Below are positions 1 to 6,481 of a stretch of 41,316 nucleotides of DNA, one piece after another. The position numbers and the translations under genes are program-made. Under the pieces are notes generated by a model, which saw nothing but the letters and a program-made list of their open reading frames with translations, did not search any database and was not told the DNA's origin. Location of the stretch: positions 1 to 41,316 of IMG/VR virus record IMGVR_UViG_3300045988_047412. The stretch is one strand, 5' to 3'. Position 1 is the stretch's first letter. Each line of letters opens with the position of its first letter. The stretch is from a virus.

Positions 1-119
1 TGAATGGCTGTCCTCGCTTGGCTAAAACTCCAAAATATTATGCACAGTGAAACAGAGTAAAATGCTCTGTTTCACTGCTTTTTATGGAGGTGCTATACAT
101 AATTGATTTCTGTTCATAA
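1..119. repeat. Terminal direct repeat: 1..119 is identical to 41198..41316 (circular-contig overlap or terminal redundancy)
   Basis: Read directly: both copies run tgaatggctgtcc...gatttctgttcataa. Unique length is 41197 bp, and features that reach 41316 continue at position 120. Confidence 0.95.
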
Positions 120-147
120 TGTACCTTATGTGTTGAAGTGCATAAAT
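1..147 (+). mobile_element. Right end of the RIT element (continuation of 37892..41316 across the circular junction)
   Basis: Holds the last 25 nt of the third recombinase CDS (1..25), terminator hairpin 45..77, inverted-repeat module CATAATTGATTTCTGTTCATAAT 98..120 and CATAAAT 141..147. The methyltransferase frame resumes at 148. Confidence 0.7.
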
Positions 148-393
148 GACGTTTTCCCAGACCATATACCGAGGTCGCAGAAACTCACCTGTTCTCCCGC
201 TTGCCATGTCATGTTCTCTCATCTCCTTCACGACCCTGATCTGTTCCATGTATAGGCCGGAGCGCGCCCCGGCCAGCCCTGCCCGCTTTCCGGCAATAGA
301 AAGGTCCTGACACGGACTGCCGCCGATCACCACATCCACAACGGGGGCCTCCGCTCCATTGATCTTCGTTATGTCACCAAGATGGAGCATCAT
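148..393 (-). pseudogene. C5 DNA-cytosine methyltransferase, upstream segment (motif III GDI, motif IV GGSPCQDLS, motif VI WENV), interrupted after ENV by the RIT element
   Basis: ORF-track ORF 82..393: MMLHLGDITKING...VVIGGSPCQDLSIAGKRAG...RPRYMVWENV, then unrelated IYALQH... read-through into the element (82..147). RBS GGAGGTGGA; ATGA start/stop overlap with the upstream gene at 390-393. Confidence 0.85.
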
Positions 394-704
394 TCCACCT
401 CCGCAAGCCAGAACGCCTTTTTACACTCAAAGCAAGTTCGCTTGTTGCAGTCGATACCCGTATTGCCGAATACATCCATTGGGCAAGCATTAAGGCATCC
501 CGAATCAGTTTGTGCGTTCGGAAACAGCTTCAAGAACTCGCTCTGCCTGGTTTTGACGTGGTGCTCGGCGTCCCATCGCTCGACAAACTTCACCGCCCCC
601 GTGTTATCTCCTGCTACCCTATAAACGTTGTAGCGCATTTTTTCTTCGGTAGATCCTCTTTTGCTGAGACGGTCAACCTTGTCCAAAAACTCCACAGCGT
701 CCAT
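390..704 (-). CDS. Cys-rich phage protein, unknown function
   Basis: 104-aa ORF tightly coupled to both neighbours (overlaps at 704 and 390-393). Cys pattern CLNACP...CNKRTCFEC. Confidence 0.7.
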   Translation of the reverse strand: MDAVEFLDKVDRLSKRGSTEEKMRYNVYRVAGDNTGAVKFVERWDAEHHVKTRQSEFLKLFPNAQTDSGCLNACPMDVFGNTGIDCNKRTCFECKKAFWLAEVE

Positions 705-1111
705 TACTTTTCCCCCTCAATGGTGACCTCCACGCGGGAGGCTCCGGTTGTCTGATACTTCCACACCGTCAAAGCTGCGATTGCGCTATCGTCGTTGTAG
801 GCGTGGCCGTTCAGCGCGTCTAGAATGGCCTTCGCCACGTTGTCAGCGTCAGGGCGTTTGGTGTGGGGCGTCCCGTCCATCGCAGCGGCCTTTTTCTTTG
901 ACGTGCTTTTCGGCACCGTGAAGAACGCCGTGACGGTGGCCCTGAGCGGAATGCCGCCCGCAAAGCCCTTCCCGCTCTGGCACTGCCAGCACTGGACCAC
1001 CTTGTCCTCGTAGTCTTGCGTTTTCTGCGGAGTGTAGGTATTGCCGTCTTTCTTAAACCGGGGACGGCCCTTGCCTATCGGAATACCTGGGACCGTAAAT
1101 TCAACCTTCAT
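704..1111 (-). CDS. rusA: RusA-family Holliday junction resolvase
   Basis: 135 aa; GKGRPRF near the N-terminus and KRPDADNVAKAILDALNGHAYNDDS, typical RusA signatures. Confidence 0.85.
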   Translation of the reverse strand: MKVEFTVPGIPIGKGRPRFKKDGNTYTPQKTQDYEDKVVQCWQCQSGKGFAGGIPLRATVTAFFTVPKSTSKKKAAAMDGTPHTKRPDADNVAKAILDALNGHAYNDDSAIAALTVWKYQTTGASRVEVTIEGEK

Positions 1112-1242
1112 CGTTTTTCTTCCTTTCCATCAATGATGATCTGCACCACGCGGACGCGGCCCAGAGGCTCCAATAGCATCGCTACTGCCTCCTTCGTGCC
1201 CTGCGTGTCCTCGCCGTAAATATCAACTACGATCCGCATCAT
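1108..1242 (-). CDS. Small hypothetical protein (start uncertain, 1242 or 1257)
   Basis: Only the C-terminal part of ORF 1108..1383 looks protein-like (MMRIVVDIYGEDTQGTKEAVAMLLEPLGRVRVV). The upstream part overlaps the better ORF 1223..1474. Confidence 0.4.
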   Translation of the reverse strand: MMRIVVDIYGEDTQGTKEAVAMLLEPLGRVRVVQIIIDGKEEKR

Positions 1243-1474
1243 TTCCCAGACCACCATCCAATTCCAGGTATGGCTGGAAGGAGCGCATTTTTTTACCGCA
1301 CCTTGCGCACTTGTAGTTATACATGGCATCACAACCGCCTGCTCCATCGTAGCTGTAATCAACTCCGGTGCGCTTCCAGTCATGCTGCTCGCATGGACAA
1401 AGCCGCTCTTCCAGCTCTGCTACTCGATAACTCAGCCGGACTATTTCTGCTTTCAAGCGCTTATTTCCAAACAT
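1223..1474 (-). CDS. Hypothetical coiled-coil / zinc-finger-like protein
   Basis: 83 aa; N-terminal helical LKAEIVRLSYRVAELEERL followed by CPCEQHDW...YKCARCGKK. Confidence 0.6.
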   Translation of the reverse strand: MFGNKRLKAEIVRLSYRVAELEERLCPCEQHDWKRTGVDYSYDGAGGCDAMYNYKCARCGKKMRSFQPYLELDGGLGNDADRS

Positions 1475-1481
1475 TTTTCAA

Positions 1482-1736
1482 TCATCCCCTCCTGAATTTT
1501 GGGCAGGCATGGACGCTGAAAGATTTCTCTACAAACTTCCCGCTGACCGTCCGTGTTGTTGGAATTGCATCCCATCCCGGAACCGGCTCAAACCGCGCCG
1601 ACCACTCGCAGCCGCCGTATACATTGGCGCAGTTCCAACAAAGCTGCTGAGACTGGTACGTCACATCCGGCGTCCTTGCCGCCTTCCATCTCCGGCATGG
1701 GCGCAACAGCTCGGCCAGCTTAAAATCTCCCGCCAT
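1482..1736 (-). CDS. Cys-rich hypothetical protein
   Basis: Internal start MAGDFKLAELL at 1736 overlaps the stop of the replisome organizer (TGATG). Contains CWNC...GGCEW. Confidence 0.6.
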   Translation of the reverse strand: MAGDFKLAELLRPCRRWKAARTPDVTYQSQQLCWNCANVYGGCEWSARFEPVPGWDAIPTTRTVSGKFVEKSFSVHACPKFRRG

Positions 1737-2476
1737 CACACATACCCCCAAGCGTCCTCGCATTTGTTGCCGTGGCCTTTCGCGCCCTTGCGGCCACCGC
1801 GATCCTGTTCTTTCGCCAGCCAACGGGTAATGAATCCGCGCACACCACGCACCGTTTTCCGCTTCGCCGGGTTATTCAGGCACCATTCCCGCATCTCCCG
1901 CAACTGCTGTATCACGTCGACAGCAGGGTACACGCCTGCCCATTCCTGGCATTGCTCCTGCGACACCGGATATTCAGTGCCGTCATTGAGGGGGATGGAA
2001 ACCACCGGCGGGGATGCCGTTTGCGGCTCGCCGCCTACTTCTTCTGGATTCTGGATTCTGGATTCTGGATTCTGGATTGGATTACGGGCGCATTTGCTTT
2101 CACCTGCTTGCAATTGATTGCAATTGATTTCAGATGTAATCAATCCGTCAGCAGGTGCCGGGAATTTGCTTACTTTGTTCCTCACCGTCTGGTGCTCGCT
2201 CCAGTTTGGAAAACATAGGTACGGTTCTCCGTCAACTTCATAGAGGATCACAGAGCCTATGGTCGCCAATTCTGCAAGCGTCTTACTGATCGTTCCCTCA
2301 GTCACACCTTTTCTGCGGGGGAATACAAAGCCTTTGAGCAATTCCGGGTCTGCGCTGCCGCGCCCATAATCATCAACGTAGGTGATCAGGTACGCCCACA
2401 ATCGGAATTGAAAATCCGACATTGCGTTGATGCTTTTGCTCGTCCTGATGCTATCCTTGATGATCCTGTTCGGCAT
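1736..2476 (-). CDS. Phage replisome organizer / DnaD-like replication initiation protein
   Basis: 246 aa; N-terminus FQFRLWAYLITYVDDYGRGSADPELL resembles the replisome-organizer N-domain and the C-terminus resembles a DnaD-like domain (REWCLNNPAKRKT..GFITRWL). Carries an internal DNA repeat cluster. Confidence 0.75.
   Translation of the reverse strand: MPNRIIKDSIRTSKSINAMSDFQFRLWAYLITYVDDYGRGSADPELLKGFVFPRRKGVTEGTISKTLAELATIGSVILYEVDGEPYLCFPNWSEHQTVRNKVSKFPAPADGLITSEINCNQLQAGESKCARNPIQNPESRIQNPEEVGGEPQTASPPVVSIPLNDGTEYPVSQEQCQEWAGVYPAVDVIQQLREMREWCLNNPAKRKTVRGVRGFITRWLAKEQDRGGRKGAKGHGNKCEDAWGYV
2042..2144. repeat. Iteron-like repeat cluster inside the replisome organizer gene (candidate ori)
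   Basis: Five perfect tandem TTCTGGA units at 2042..2076 plus a partial unit. TGCAATTGAT x2 at 2109..2128, with inverted AATCAAT at 2138..2144. Confidence 0.8.
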
Positions 2477-2488
2477 TCGCCCACCGCC

Positions 2489-2887
2489 TTAGAACGGGAG
2501 GTCCCCATCAGCCTCGATCTCGCTGAAACCGCCCTGCGGTTCACTCTGCGCTGTGTCCCCGCCGTCCCGCTTGGAATCGCCAAAGTACACGCTATCGGCC
2601 ACGATCTCGGCGGTACGGCGTTTATTGCCATCCTTGTCGGTCCAGTCACGCAGCTGCAAGCGGCCCTCCACAACGGCCATGCGGCCCTTGGTAAAGTATT
2701 TGCTCACAAATTCGGCGGTATTGCGCCAGGCCACGATGTCGATGAAGTCCGTTTCCTTTTCGCCGGACTGGGACTTGAAGTCCCGGTCAACAGCCAGAGA
2801 GAAGGACGCCACCGCCGTGCCGCTGTTGGTGCGGCGCAATTCAGGGTCACGGGTCATCCGGCCCATCACAATAATTCTGTTCAGCAT
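2489..2887 (-). CDS. ssb: Single-stranded DNA-binding protein
   Basis: MLNRIIVMGRMTRDPELRRT..., OB-fold pattern and acidic tail DGDLPF. Start taken at the internal Met (2887). Confidence 0.9.
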   Translation of the reverse strand: MLNRIIVMGRMTRDPELRRTNSGTAVASFSLAVDRDFKSQSGEKETDFIDIVAWRNTAEFVSKYFTKGRMAVVEGRLQLRDWTDKDGNKRRTAEIVADSVYFGDSKRDGGDTAQSEPQGGFSEIEADGDLPF

Positions 2888-3189
2888 GAAATAGCTCCCT
2901 TTCTGTAAATCATGTCCTCCCGGTTCCAATCCGGGTAAAATGCTTTCATGTGCGCCACCAGCCGCACATAGATGCGCTCGCGGTCTCGTAATGGACCCTC
3001 GTCAAACAGGCGGTGGCAGCGGGGGCAGAGGGTGGCAATGTTCTGCTCGATTCCTCTGCCGCCCTGCGAACGCCGTACCACATGGGCCACCGGCGCGCCT
3101 GCGGGAGACCCGCAGATCACGCACTGGTGATTGTCTCGTGCCCATACAACAACCTTCACGGATTGTGGGATGGACGTGGCCTTTGTCAT
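2881..3189 (-). CDS. HNH endonuclease
   Basis: CVICG...HVVRRSQGG...NIATLCPRCH. ATGA overlap with the upstream gene at 3186-3189. Confidence 0.8.
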   Translation of the reverse strand: MTKATSIPQSVKVVVWARDNHQCVICGSPAGAPVAHVVRRSQGGRGIEQNIATLCPRCHRLFDEGPLRDRERIYVRLVAHMKAFYPDWNREDMIYRKGAISC

Positions 3190-3710
3190 TTTGTGCATCC
3201 CCATTCCTCCATCATCCCTGCCAGCTTGTCCGGAGACAGGGTCTCAATGCCTTGCTCCTGGCAGTCCTGCACCGCCATATCGATCAAATGTGACATTTGC
3301 CGGGTGTTGTAGGTGCTGGAGCCGTAATACAAAATCACGTTGGTGCAGCCGGGGATCCTGCTTGCCATGGTATCCGTCTGCCAGCCAAGCCCATTGTGTT
3401 CCCACCCGTTCCGCAGCTTTTCCACGGCTGAATCGATCACGCAGACCATTTCATGATTGCCGCCGATCTCCCGAATGTATCTCCGGTAAATATCCGTCTT
3501 GGGAATCCGGGTCTTTTCGGCCAGCCGGTCAACCAGAACCCAGAAGTACGCATTCGCGTCGAGGCTCCGCTTCTCCCGGTGTTCCTTGATCTCCACGTCG
3601 TAGACCTTGCCGGGTTTCAGGCTGTCCAGCGTCCGCCGTGCGTCCTTGGTCTGGATGCAGAGCCAGTCCCCGGCACTGTCCATAGACCAGCGGAATGTAT
3701 CAGCCTGCAT
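3186..3710 (-). CDS. NinB / HNHc_6-like phage recombination-associated protein
   Basis: 174 aa; KRSLDANAYFWVLVDRLAEKT resembles the NinB/putative-HNHc family. Sits between the ERF and HNH genes. Confidence 0.5.
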   Translation of the reverse strand: MQADTFRWSMDSAGDWLCIQTKDARRTLDSLKPGKVYDVEIKEHREKRSLDANAYFWVLVDRLAEKTRIPKTDIYRRYIREIGGNHEMVCVIDSAVEKLRNGWEHNGLGWQTDTMASRIPGCTNVILYYGSSTYNTRQMSHLIDMAVQDCQEQGIETLSPDKLAGMMEEWGCTK

Positions 3711-4290
3711 GATCCTGCTCCTTCTTCGCCAACTTCATGCAGTCGCCGCACAGCTGGGCGCCGAACATCTTCCGGCTGTAAGTCACCATATCCTCCACTT
3801 CCCACGGCTTCCCGTCCCGCTTCTTCACGGGGTAGATGGGCTTCTGACACCGTTCACAGATACACTCCTGCTGGGTCTTGGCCTTGTATTCCAGTTCCTC
3901 CGTGGAGATTTTGTCCGGGTCCTCTCCGGTGGGCAAAGCAAAGGTCCGCAGCCACATATACTTGAACGCATAGGTCATGGCCTTACCGGAACCCTTGTCC
4001 TGTGTGTCTGCGCCATCCCCGCAGGAGGCAATCTCAATGGATTCCTCCGGGTTCTCCACGTTGACCATCCGGTACACCACGTCCACATGGGTAATGTTGC
4101 CGGTGCGGTTGGTGGCCTGAGAGATGGGGAACACCACAAGGTTGTATTTCAGCAGCTCCGCCCGCATGATGGAGGTGACCTTTTCCTCCGACAGCGCCTT
4201 ATAGCTGGTAGAACCGAAGGACACGTGGTCATCCTTGGCCAAGTACTGCACATCCGTCATGATGGCGGCGATTTTCTCATAGATATTCAT
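3700..4290 (-). CDS. ERF-family single-strand annealing protein
   Basis: KGSGKAMTYAFKYMWLRTFALPTGEDPD core typical of the ERF superfamily. C-terminal CxxC...CxxC. Confidence 0.8.
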   Translation of the reverse strand: MNIYEKIAAIMTDVQYLAKDDHVSFGSTSYKALSEEKVTSIMRAELLKYNLVVFPISQATNRTGNITHVDVVYRMVNVENPEESIEIASCGDGADTQDKGSGKAMTYAFKYMWLRTFALPTGEDPDKISTEELEYKAKTQQECICERCQKPIYPVKKRDGKPWEVEDMVTYSRKMFGAQLCGDCMKLAKKEQDHAG

Positions 4291-4772
4291 CACTTCACCC
4301 CCACGCTATAACCATCCACCAGCTCCGCGCCGGGGACGGCTTCTGTTTTCAGGATCTTGGCAAGCTCCGCCTTGCTGATGGTCGGCTCCGCATACTGGAT
4401 GCAGTCCTCATGTGCGTGGTCCTGCAGCCATGCCAGAACAGTGTCAGGATCAGCCACATTCACGCTGGTAGTCTTGCGGAAGATCACCGCGCAGCGGGGG
4501 GATTCAAATTTCTGACCCTGCAAGGCATACGCCAGATAGTCCTTGAGGCGCTTGGCCTTGTTCTCCGCCGCCTTCTGCCGTTCGGCAAAGGCGAGCTTCT
4601 CAGCCTTGTAGGCAGCGGCATCCGCCACCAAATTCTTGTAATATAGCGCGATGTTCTCGATCTTCTGATCTCGCGCCATGCTCAGCCGATCAAATGCGTC
4701 AAAGTCGCTGACCTCACCGGTCTCCGGGTCTACCAGGGCCGTAATGGCTGCGTCAATTTCGTAAAGGTTCAT
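4290..4772 (-). CDS. Siphovirus Gp157-family protein
   Basis: 160 aa, MNLYEIDAAITALVD...ENIALYYKNL...; helical. Lies immediately upstream of the annealing protein, as is usual for Gp157. Confidence 0.65.
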   Translation of the reverse strand: MNLYEIDAAITALVDPETGEVSDFDAFDRLSMARDQKIENIALYYKNLVADAAAYKAEKLAFAERQKAAENKAKRLKDYLAYALQGQKFESPRCAVIFRKTTSVNVADPDTVLAWLQDHAHEDCIQYAEPTISKAELAKILKTEAVPGAELVDGYSVGVK

Positions 4773-4978
4773 TCTTTCCTCCTATATCTCGCAAACCGCA
4801 CGGTCTCGCCGTAGCGGTTCTTCTGTGCGATCGTCTCCACGTCCAGCGCCACGCCGTCCCGCCGCAAGTCGGAGACCCGCGCCGTGAAATTGGCGATGCC
4901 GCACTCGCTCATGGCCTCGGCCCATGTGATGCTGCCGTGTTCATCCAGATACTTCAAGATCCGCTCACACTGGTTCAT
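4769..4978 (-). CDS. Winged-helix DNA-binding protein
   Basis: MNQCERILKYLDEHGSITWAEAMSECGIANFTARVSDLRRDG; RBS GGAGGA upstream of the ATG at 4978. Confidence 0.65.
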   Translation of the reverse strand: MNQCERILKYLDEHGSITWAEAMSECGIANFTARVSDLRRDGVALDVETIAQKNRYGETVRFARYRRKE

Positions 4979-4979
4979 A

Positions 4980-5183
4980 TCAGTCCTCCGGGATGTCGAT
5001 GATCGCGATCCCCATGGCCCGCGCCACGGCTTCCGGATCGCTGTCAACTTCATCCTTGAGCCAATCTTTCGCGCACTCCGGGCAGTAGCACTCGCCGTTG
5101 ATCAAAAACCCCGGAGCCACATCGTCAAACGCATTGGGGTTCATAACGATGGAACATCTTGCGCACACCGGATAGATCTTCAT
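4980..5183 (-). CDS. Small Cys-rich hypothetical protein
   Basis: MKIYPVCARCSIV...CYCPEC; ATGA overlap with the upstream Lar-like gene. Confidence 0.55.
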   Translation of the reverse strand: MKIYPVCARCSIVMNPNAFDDVAPGFLINGECYCPECAKDWLKDEVDSDPEAVARAMGIAIIDIPED

Positions 5184-5380
5184 TTCCACGCATCCCCTCT
5201 CTTCCACGCTTTCGTGGCGTTGGATTGCTGGGCGTAACCCGCTGTGATAGCGCCGCAGGTGGAACACCGTACATAGTGCTTAAACGGTGCGTCCGTGGAC
5301 TGCACCCGCTCACCGCTGTCCATGCCGCAGACCGGGCAGAGATCCAGCGGAAAGCGCTCATGCCGGTTCTTTCTGTTCAT
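5180..5380 (-). CDS. Lar-family restriction alleviation protein (paralog 1)
   Basis: CPVCG...YVRCSTCGA...ATKAW pattern of the Lar_restr_allev family. Start at the internal Met (5380). Confidence 0.55.
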   Translation of the reverse strand: MNRKNRHERFPLDLCPVCGMDSGERVQSTDAPFKHYVRCSTCGAITAGYAQQSNATKAWKRGDAWK

Positions 5381-5502
5381 CGCGCGCTCACCACCATATA
5401 CGCAATGGTGATCAGCAGCAGGGCCAGAAAACTCATAAAGCCCATCCATGCGGAGGCGTCCGCCTTCCGCTGCTCTCTGGTGCGCCGGTCATGCTTTCTC
5501 AT
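5377..5502 (-). CDS. 41-aa membrane peptide
   Basis: Not in the ORF track (<60 aa). ATG at 5502 is preceded by AAGGAGG. Sequence MRKHDRRTREQRKADASAWMGFMSFLALLLITIAYMVVSAR; ATGA overlap with the next gene. Confidence 0.5.
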   Translation of the reverse strand: MRKHDRRTREQRKADASAWMGFMSFLALLLITIAYMVVSAR

Positions 5503-5596
5503 GCGGATTCCCTCCTTCGATGAAATCTACGATCTTGAATACCCAAGTGGCCGCATACGCCACGCCCAGGATCATAAAAAACAGGTTCCAGCTCAT
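5489..5596 (-). CDS. 35-aa hydrophobic peptide
   Basis: MSWNLFFMILGVAYAATWVFKIVDFIEGGNPHEKA; RBS AGAGGGGGA; ATGA overlap with the upstream ORF. Confidence 0.45.
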   Translation of the reverse strand: MSWNLFFMILGVAYAATWVFKIVDFIEGGNPHEKA

Positions 5597-5745
5597 TGTT
5601 TGATGTCCCCCTCTTTGGTGTAAACACCGTCAAACTCAAGGCCATGCTCCCTCGACCAGATCTTGCCGAACTCCGTCATGATCTTCACCGGGTCAGGCGG
5701 AGACACCCAGATCACCCGGTATTCGATTTTTCGTTTCTTCGCCAT
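5593..5745 (-). CDS. 50-aa hypothetical protein
   Basis: MAKKRKIEYRVIWVSPPDPVKIMTEFGKIW...; purine-rich RBS; first gene after the Cro-like gene. Confidence 0.5.
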   Translation of the reverse strand: MAKKRKIEYRVIWVSPPDPVKIMTEFGKIWSREHGLEFDGVYTKEGDIKQ

Positions 5746-5813
5746 TGCCTTTTCCTTTCCCCTGTGCTAAAATAGCGACAGGATACATATCTGAGCCTAA
5801 GATTTGTTCCGCC

Positions 5814-5851
5814 GCCCTGCCCGGTCTGCAACACCGGACGGGGCATTTTTT
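5814..5851. promoter_or_regulatory. GC-rich hairpin with a CTGCAAC loop (GTTGCAG on the minus strand) directly after the Cro-like gene
   Basis: GCCCTGCCCGGT-ctgcaac-ACCGGACGGGGC followed by ATTTTTT on the plus strand. Loop core is shared with hairpins at 6131, 6188 and 8843. Confidence 0.6.
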
Positions 5852-6077
5852 ATTCCCCATCGCTGGATTCGAACAGTTCGTCCACCGTCACGCCGTACAT
5901 CCTCGCCAGCTTCTTGTGGTACTTCCGTGCCGGTCGCCAGTCACCCAGCTCCCAATGCGTCACACAGGACAAGTCCACATTCAGTTTCTTCGCTACCTGT
6001 GCACGGGTCAGGCTGGAACGTTCTCGAAGTTCCTTCAATGCCAAGTCATGTGCCCTCCTTTCGGTGTGAGAATTCAT
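5850..6077 (-). CDS. Cro-like XRE-family HTH regulator
   Basis: LKELRERSSLTRAQVAKKLNVDLSCVTHWELG. The ATG at 6077 has no SD; an in-frame TTG at 6044 sits 9 nt after AGGAGG and may be the true start. Confidence 0.8.
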   Translation of the reverse strand: MNSHTERRAHDLALKELRERSSLTRAQVAKKLNVDLSCVTHWELGDWRPARKYHKKLARMYGVTVDELFESSDGE

Positions 6078-6105
6078 TGACTGCGGCAGAAATATGTGGT
6101 ATGGT
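6077..6105 (+). promoter_or_regulatory. Sigma-70-type promoter TTGACT-N17-(TGg)TATGGT
   Basis: -35 at 6077..6082, 17-nt spacer, extended -10 TGgTATGGT ending at 6105. Divergent from the Cro-like gene and overlaps its ATG. Confidence 0.55.
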
Positions 6106-6111
6106 AAGCAT

Positions 6112-6230
6112 GGGAGTTAAACTACGCGCCAAATGGCGTACTCTGTTGCAGAGGGGTATTCCATTTAGCAAACGAGTTCGCTTCCAACCGCTCCGAAGTT
6201 TGTTGCAGAGACTTCGGGGCGGTTTTTTAT
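6112..6230 (+). ncRNA. Candidate small RNA (about 115 nt) with two hairpins that both show a UGUUGCAGAG loop; the second is an intrinsic terminator
   Basis: Promoter at 6077-6105. Hairpin 6131..6166 (AAATGG..TACTC-tgttgcagag-GGGTA..CCATTT). Hairpin 6188..6222 (CCGAAGT-ttgttgcagag-ACTTCGG) followed by T6 at 6223-6228. Confidence 0.45.
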
Positions 6231-6258
6231 CTCTGCCGCAGTCAATGTGAGTTTTCAC

Positions 6259-6287
6259 TTGACAAACGAAACCGCCGCCGCTATCAT
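6259..6287 (+). promoter_or_regulatory. Near-consensus promoter TTGACA-N17-TATCAT for the plus-strand immunity operon
   Basis: -35 at 6259..6264, exact 17-nt spacer, -10 at 6282..6287. Confidence 0.6.
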
Positions 6288-6481
6288 GTAAGTGTCAGCC
6301 AACAAAATATCGTCTATGGAACCCGCAAAAAGGATTTTTCTTTGGGGGTCTGGTTTTTTGTTGTCTCTATGATAACTCACGAGATTATTATAGCTTACAT
6401 TTTGTGTGTTGTAAAGCCAAACACGACCATTTTGTTGGTTTTTGTGGAATTGCACAAAAATACATCTATTTTTTGGTAGAT

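Noticed and set aside
430-447. TTGTTGCAG inside gene 390..704, and CTGCAACAG in the tape measure gene near 22067; considered as extra copies of the hairpin-loop motif
   Set aside because: Only 8-9 nt match, both lie within coding sequence, and neither is presented in a hairpin. This is compatible with chance for short words in 82 kb.
2042-2076. Tandem heptamer array considered as a CRISPR-like or phase-variation locus
   Set aside because: There are no spacers, so it is not CRISPR. It lies inside an intact ORF and is better explained as initiator-binding iterons. Slippage remains possible but is unproven.
6110-6190. GAGTTCGCTTC resembles a tRNA T-loop; a tRNA gene in the switch region was considered
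   Set aside because: No complementary acceptor stem or D arm can be drawn around it.
6110-6250. 46-codon ORF (MGVKLRAKWRTLLQRGIPFSKRVRFQPLRSLLQRLRGG...) within the small-RNA candidate
   Set aside because: It has no SD, runs through a terminator hairpin, and its repeated LLQR simply reflects the repeated hairpin loop.
6255-6455. 66-aa minus-strand ORF in the switch region
   Set aside because: It covers the strong plus-strand promoter and leader, has no RBS and an odd composition. It is likely non-coding.
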